This document shows positions 62,411 to 64,000 of a stretch of DNA of 64,000 bases, piece after piece. The translations under genes were made by a program, and so were the position numbers. Numbering within the stretch: the stretch's first letter is position 1; each line of letters starts with the position of its first letter. The notes beneath the pieces were generated by a model. That model worked only from the letters and a program-made list of their open reading frames with translations. It was not told the DNA's origin and made no database searches. Source of the stretch: a virus; IMG/VR virus record IMGVR_UViG_3300045988_090117, positions 1-64,000 of that record. One strand, written 5' to 3'.

Positions 62411-62586
62411 AAAAAAAATTCCAGTGGGTTACCAAGCCACTGGAATGTATATGGGGATTGTTAATAATTTCTTATTAGTTGGTTATATGAAGTTAATCAC
62501 CTACTCTCTTATTATACACTATTGGGTCATATAAGAAAATAATAAAAATTAAAATAATATAAAAATAATTTAATAAAATAAGTTAC
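62411..62586 (-). ncRNA. Candidate small RNA, unit C (~176 nt, bounded by promoter and terminator)
   Basis: Very AT-rich body with no SD-led ORF. It ends ...AACAATCCCCATATAC, followed by a 10-bp terminator hairpin (62418-62427 / 62437-62446) and U8. Confidence 0.45.
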
Positions 62587-62621
62587 ATATATAATATAGA
62601 AATTTTGGTCAATTTACTAAC
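62586..62621 (-). promoter_or_regulatory. Phage promoter motif copy (-35 TTAGTA, 16 nt, -10 TATATT)
   Basis: Minus strand reads GTTAGTAAATTGACCAAAATTTCTATATTATATATG. It lies directly after the methyltransferase 3 stop. Confidence 0.6.
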
Positions 62622-62623
62622 TA

Positions 62624-63319
62624 CTAAAATAATTTTTTCTGTCTATTATTCAACTTAACATTTTCAAGTCGTTCTTTAGATATATTAAAGTAATTTTCAT
62701 TTAATTCAATTCCTATGAATCTTCTATTAGTATTTAAACAAGCAACACCTGTGCTGCCACTACCCATAAATGAGTCTAAAATTAAGTCATTTTCATTTGT
62801 TGATTGTTTTATAAAGATCTCTAATAAATCAACAGGTTTTTGTGTTGGATGCAATTTATTTCCAGTTCTTTTAGCTTGTATGACATCTGGTAATCTTTTA
62901 CCGTTTCTTAATCTTCGTCCTTTATGTCCAAATAATATAAATTCATGCTTAGGGGCATATGATCCCTTTAAATCGCCCATAGATATATTATTCTTTTCCC
63001 ATACTATTATATTTTTTAATGTGAAGTATTTTTCAAATGCAATTTTAAATTTATCTATATGATGCCAACTACAAAAGCAATATATATGAGTATTATCTTT
63101 TAACAATTTATCACATTTTTGAAAATATTCATCTAAAAATGATAAATCATCATCATTACTAATTTGCTTATATTTTTCTTTTCTACGATTACTTTTAAAC
63201 TCCATACCATAGGGTGGATCGGATATTACTGCATCCACTTTTACTCCATCTTTAATTAATTTATCCATAATTTCTAAGCAGTCACCTTGATATAATTTAT
63301 ACCTTTCATTATTATTCAT
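62624..63319 (-). CDS. DNA methyltransferase 3 (N6-A/N4-C, DPPY beta-class), more divergent paralogue
   Basis: Contains DAVISDPPYG...HPTQKPVDLLEIFIKQSTNENDLILDSFMGSGSTGVACLNTNRRFIGIE. It shares the N-terminus MNNNERYKLYQGDCLEIMDKLIKDGVKVD and the C-terminal KKLF with the other two. Confidence 0.75.
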   Translation of the reverse strand: MNNNERYKLYQGDCLEIMDKLIKDGVKVDAVISDPPYGMEFKSNRRKEKYKQISNDDDLSFLDEYFQKCDKLLKDNTHIYCFCSWHHIDKFKIAFEKYFTLKNIIVWEKNNISMGDLKGSYAPKHEFILFGHKGRRLRNGKRLPDVIQAKRTGNKLHPTQKPVDLLEIFIKQSTNENDLILDSFMGSGSTGVACLNTNRRFIGIELNENYFNISKERLENVKLNNRQKKLF

Positions 63320-63340
63320 AAAAACTCATCTCCCCTTCAT

Positions 63341-63580
63341 TTAAATAGAATATGAAACATTTTTAATATCATTAGAATATGTTAAATAGGCCACAAAGTT
63401 ATAACCAGCTATTTTCTGACTAATATAATTATCCTTTCCCTGTACAGTGAAAAATGTCTTAATCTCCACTATATCTTCTAAATAATTTAGTTTAAAACAT
63501 ACCCAAATAGGAAAACCTTGTCGTTTTCCATATTTAGCTATTTCCTCTTGTCGTTTCTTAGTTAATTCTATATCATTCAT
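63341..63580 (-). CDS. Hypothetical protein (79 aa)
   Basis: GAGGTGAG RBS. No motif recognised. Confidence 0.45.
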   Translation of the reverse strand: MNDIELTKKRQEEIAKYGKRQGFPIWVCFKLNYLEDIVEIKTFFTVQGKDNYISQKIAGYNFVAYLTYSNDIKNVSYSI

Positions 63581-63590
63581 AATCTCACCT

Positions 63591-63860
63591 CTAATAAAAT
63601 AATCTTATTTCTTCTTTATCTAATTTTATTACATAGATATCAGCATTGATGATAAATTTATTTCTAGTGCCACCCTTTTTAAGTGGTTCTCTAAAATTGT
63701 TATTTTTAATATGTGTTCTAATGCAACTATTAAAACTTTTTAACTGAGTAGCATTAAGTCTATAACAACTATGTTTTATACTATTAATAATGTGTCTAAT
63801 ATCATTGCATAAATAATAGTTGTCTGGAGTCACCACCAAATAATTATTAGTACTTATCAT
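63591..63860 (-). CDS. Hypothetical protein (~89 aa)
   Basis: ATG 63860 lies 6 nt after AAGGAGG. The longer track ORF (start 63920) would run through the leader hairpin and lacks an RBS. Confidence 0.45.
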   Translation of the reverse strand: MISTNNYLVVTPDNYYLCNDIRHIINSIKHSCYRLNATQLKSFNSCIRTHIKNNNFREPLKKGGTRNKFIINADIYVIKLDKEEIRLFY

Positions 63861-63887
63861 AATATTCCTCCTTTTTAGTTGAAAAGA

Positions 63888-63910
63888 ATTATGCAACTTT
63901 GTTGCATAAT
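63888..63910 (-). promoter_or_regulatory. Perfect 10-bp inverted repeat (ATTATGCAAC-N3-GTTGCATAAT) in the leader between promoter and RBS
   Basis: 63888-63897 is the exact reverse complement of 63901-63910. On the RNA it is followed by UCUUUUC. It could be an operator or a weak attenuator hairpin. Confidence 0.4.
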
Positions 63911-63964
63911 AATGTCCCACCGACCGATTCTTTATTTATTTTCAGTCTAACTAATTTTATTATC

Positions 63965-64000
63965 TAAATATAATATAGGAAAAATCGCCGTTTTACTAAC
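63965..64000 (-). promoter_or_regulatory. Phage promoter motif copy (-35 TTAGTA, 16 nt, -10 TATATT) at the window edge
   Basis: Minus strand reads GTTAGTAAAACGGCGATTTTTCCTATATTATATTTAG. Confidence 0.6.

Noticed and set aside
1-64000. A lysogeny module (integrase, CI-like repressor), or toxin, virulence or CRISPR-Cas cargo.
   Set aside because: No recombinase or repressor motifs were recognised in any ORF; only an AntA-like domain protein is present. The lifestyle cannot be decided from this window.

Overview
This AT-rich window is one contiguous tailed-phage genome segment, siphovirus-like (tape measure present, no sheath gene). The host is probably a low-GC Firmicute, judging by GGAGG-type ribosome binding sites. 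Every credible gene is on the minus strand, and all plus-strand track ORFs look like antisense shadows. Reading in the direction of transcription (64000 to 1), there are three parts. (1) An early and replication region at about 64000-32100. It holds three paralogous DPPY DNA methyltransferases, an AntA-like protein, a DnaC-like loader, a DnaB helicase, a primase, two sigma-like factors and a class II ribonucleotide reductase. It also holds a gp32-like SSB, a family-A DNA polymerase split into three exons by two group I introns (each with a homing endonuclease), and a beta-clamp with gamma, delta and delta-prime clamp-loader homologues. Further genes are a Cas4-like nuclease, RecU-like and Hjc-like resolvases, a dUTPase, a RecA/UvsX-like recombinase, a free-standing HNH endonuclease, ThyX, a DUF1599-like protein, Dam-type and C5-type methyltransferases, and a lipoprotein operon. 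(2) A packaging and head module at 31900-22260: TerS, TerL, portal, MuF/gp7-like protein with a C-terminal HExxH domain, scaffold, decoration-like protein and an E-type capsid protein. (3) A tail and lysis module at 22260-1: connectors, major tail protein, a chaperone pair in +1 frame relation, tape measure, Dit with SH3b inserts, a 1517-aa multi-hydrolase Tal, a collagen/bead-array fibre, a GH16 fibre, a further fibre, XhlA plus holin, and a truncated BppU-like fibre. The main non-coding signal is a 36-bp promoter motif (GTTAGYAAA-N13-TTTTCTATACTATATATG) present in 17 copies with invariant geometry. Three self-contained promoter-to-terminator units have no credible ORF and are candidate C-rich-seed small RNAs; I rank these as the most novel candidate. 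All calls come from reading the sequence by eye. No database search or folding computation was possible.
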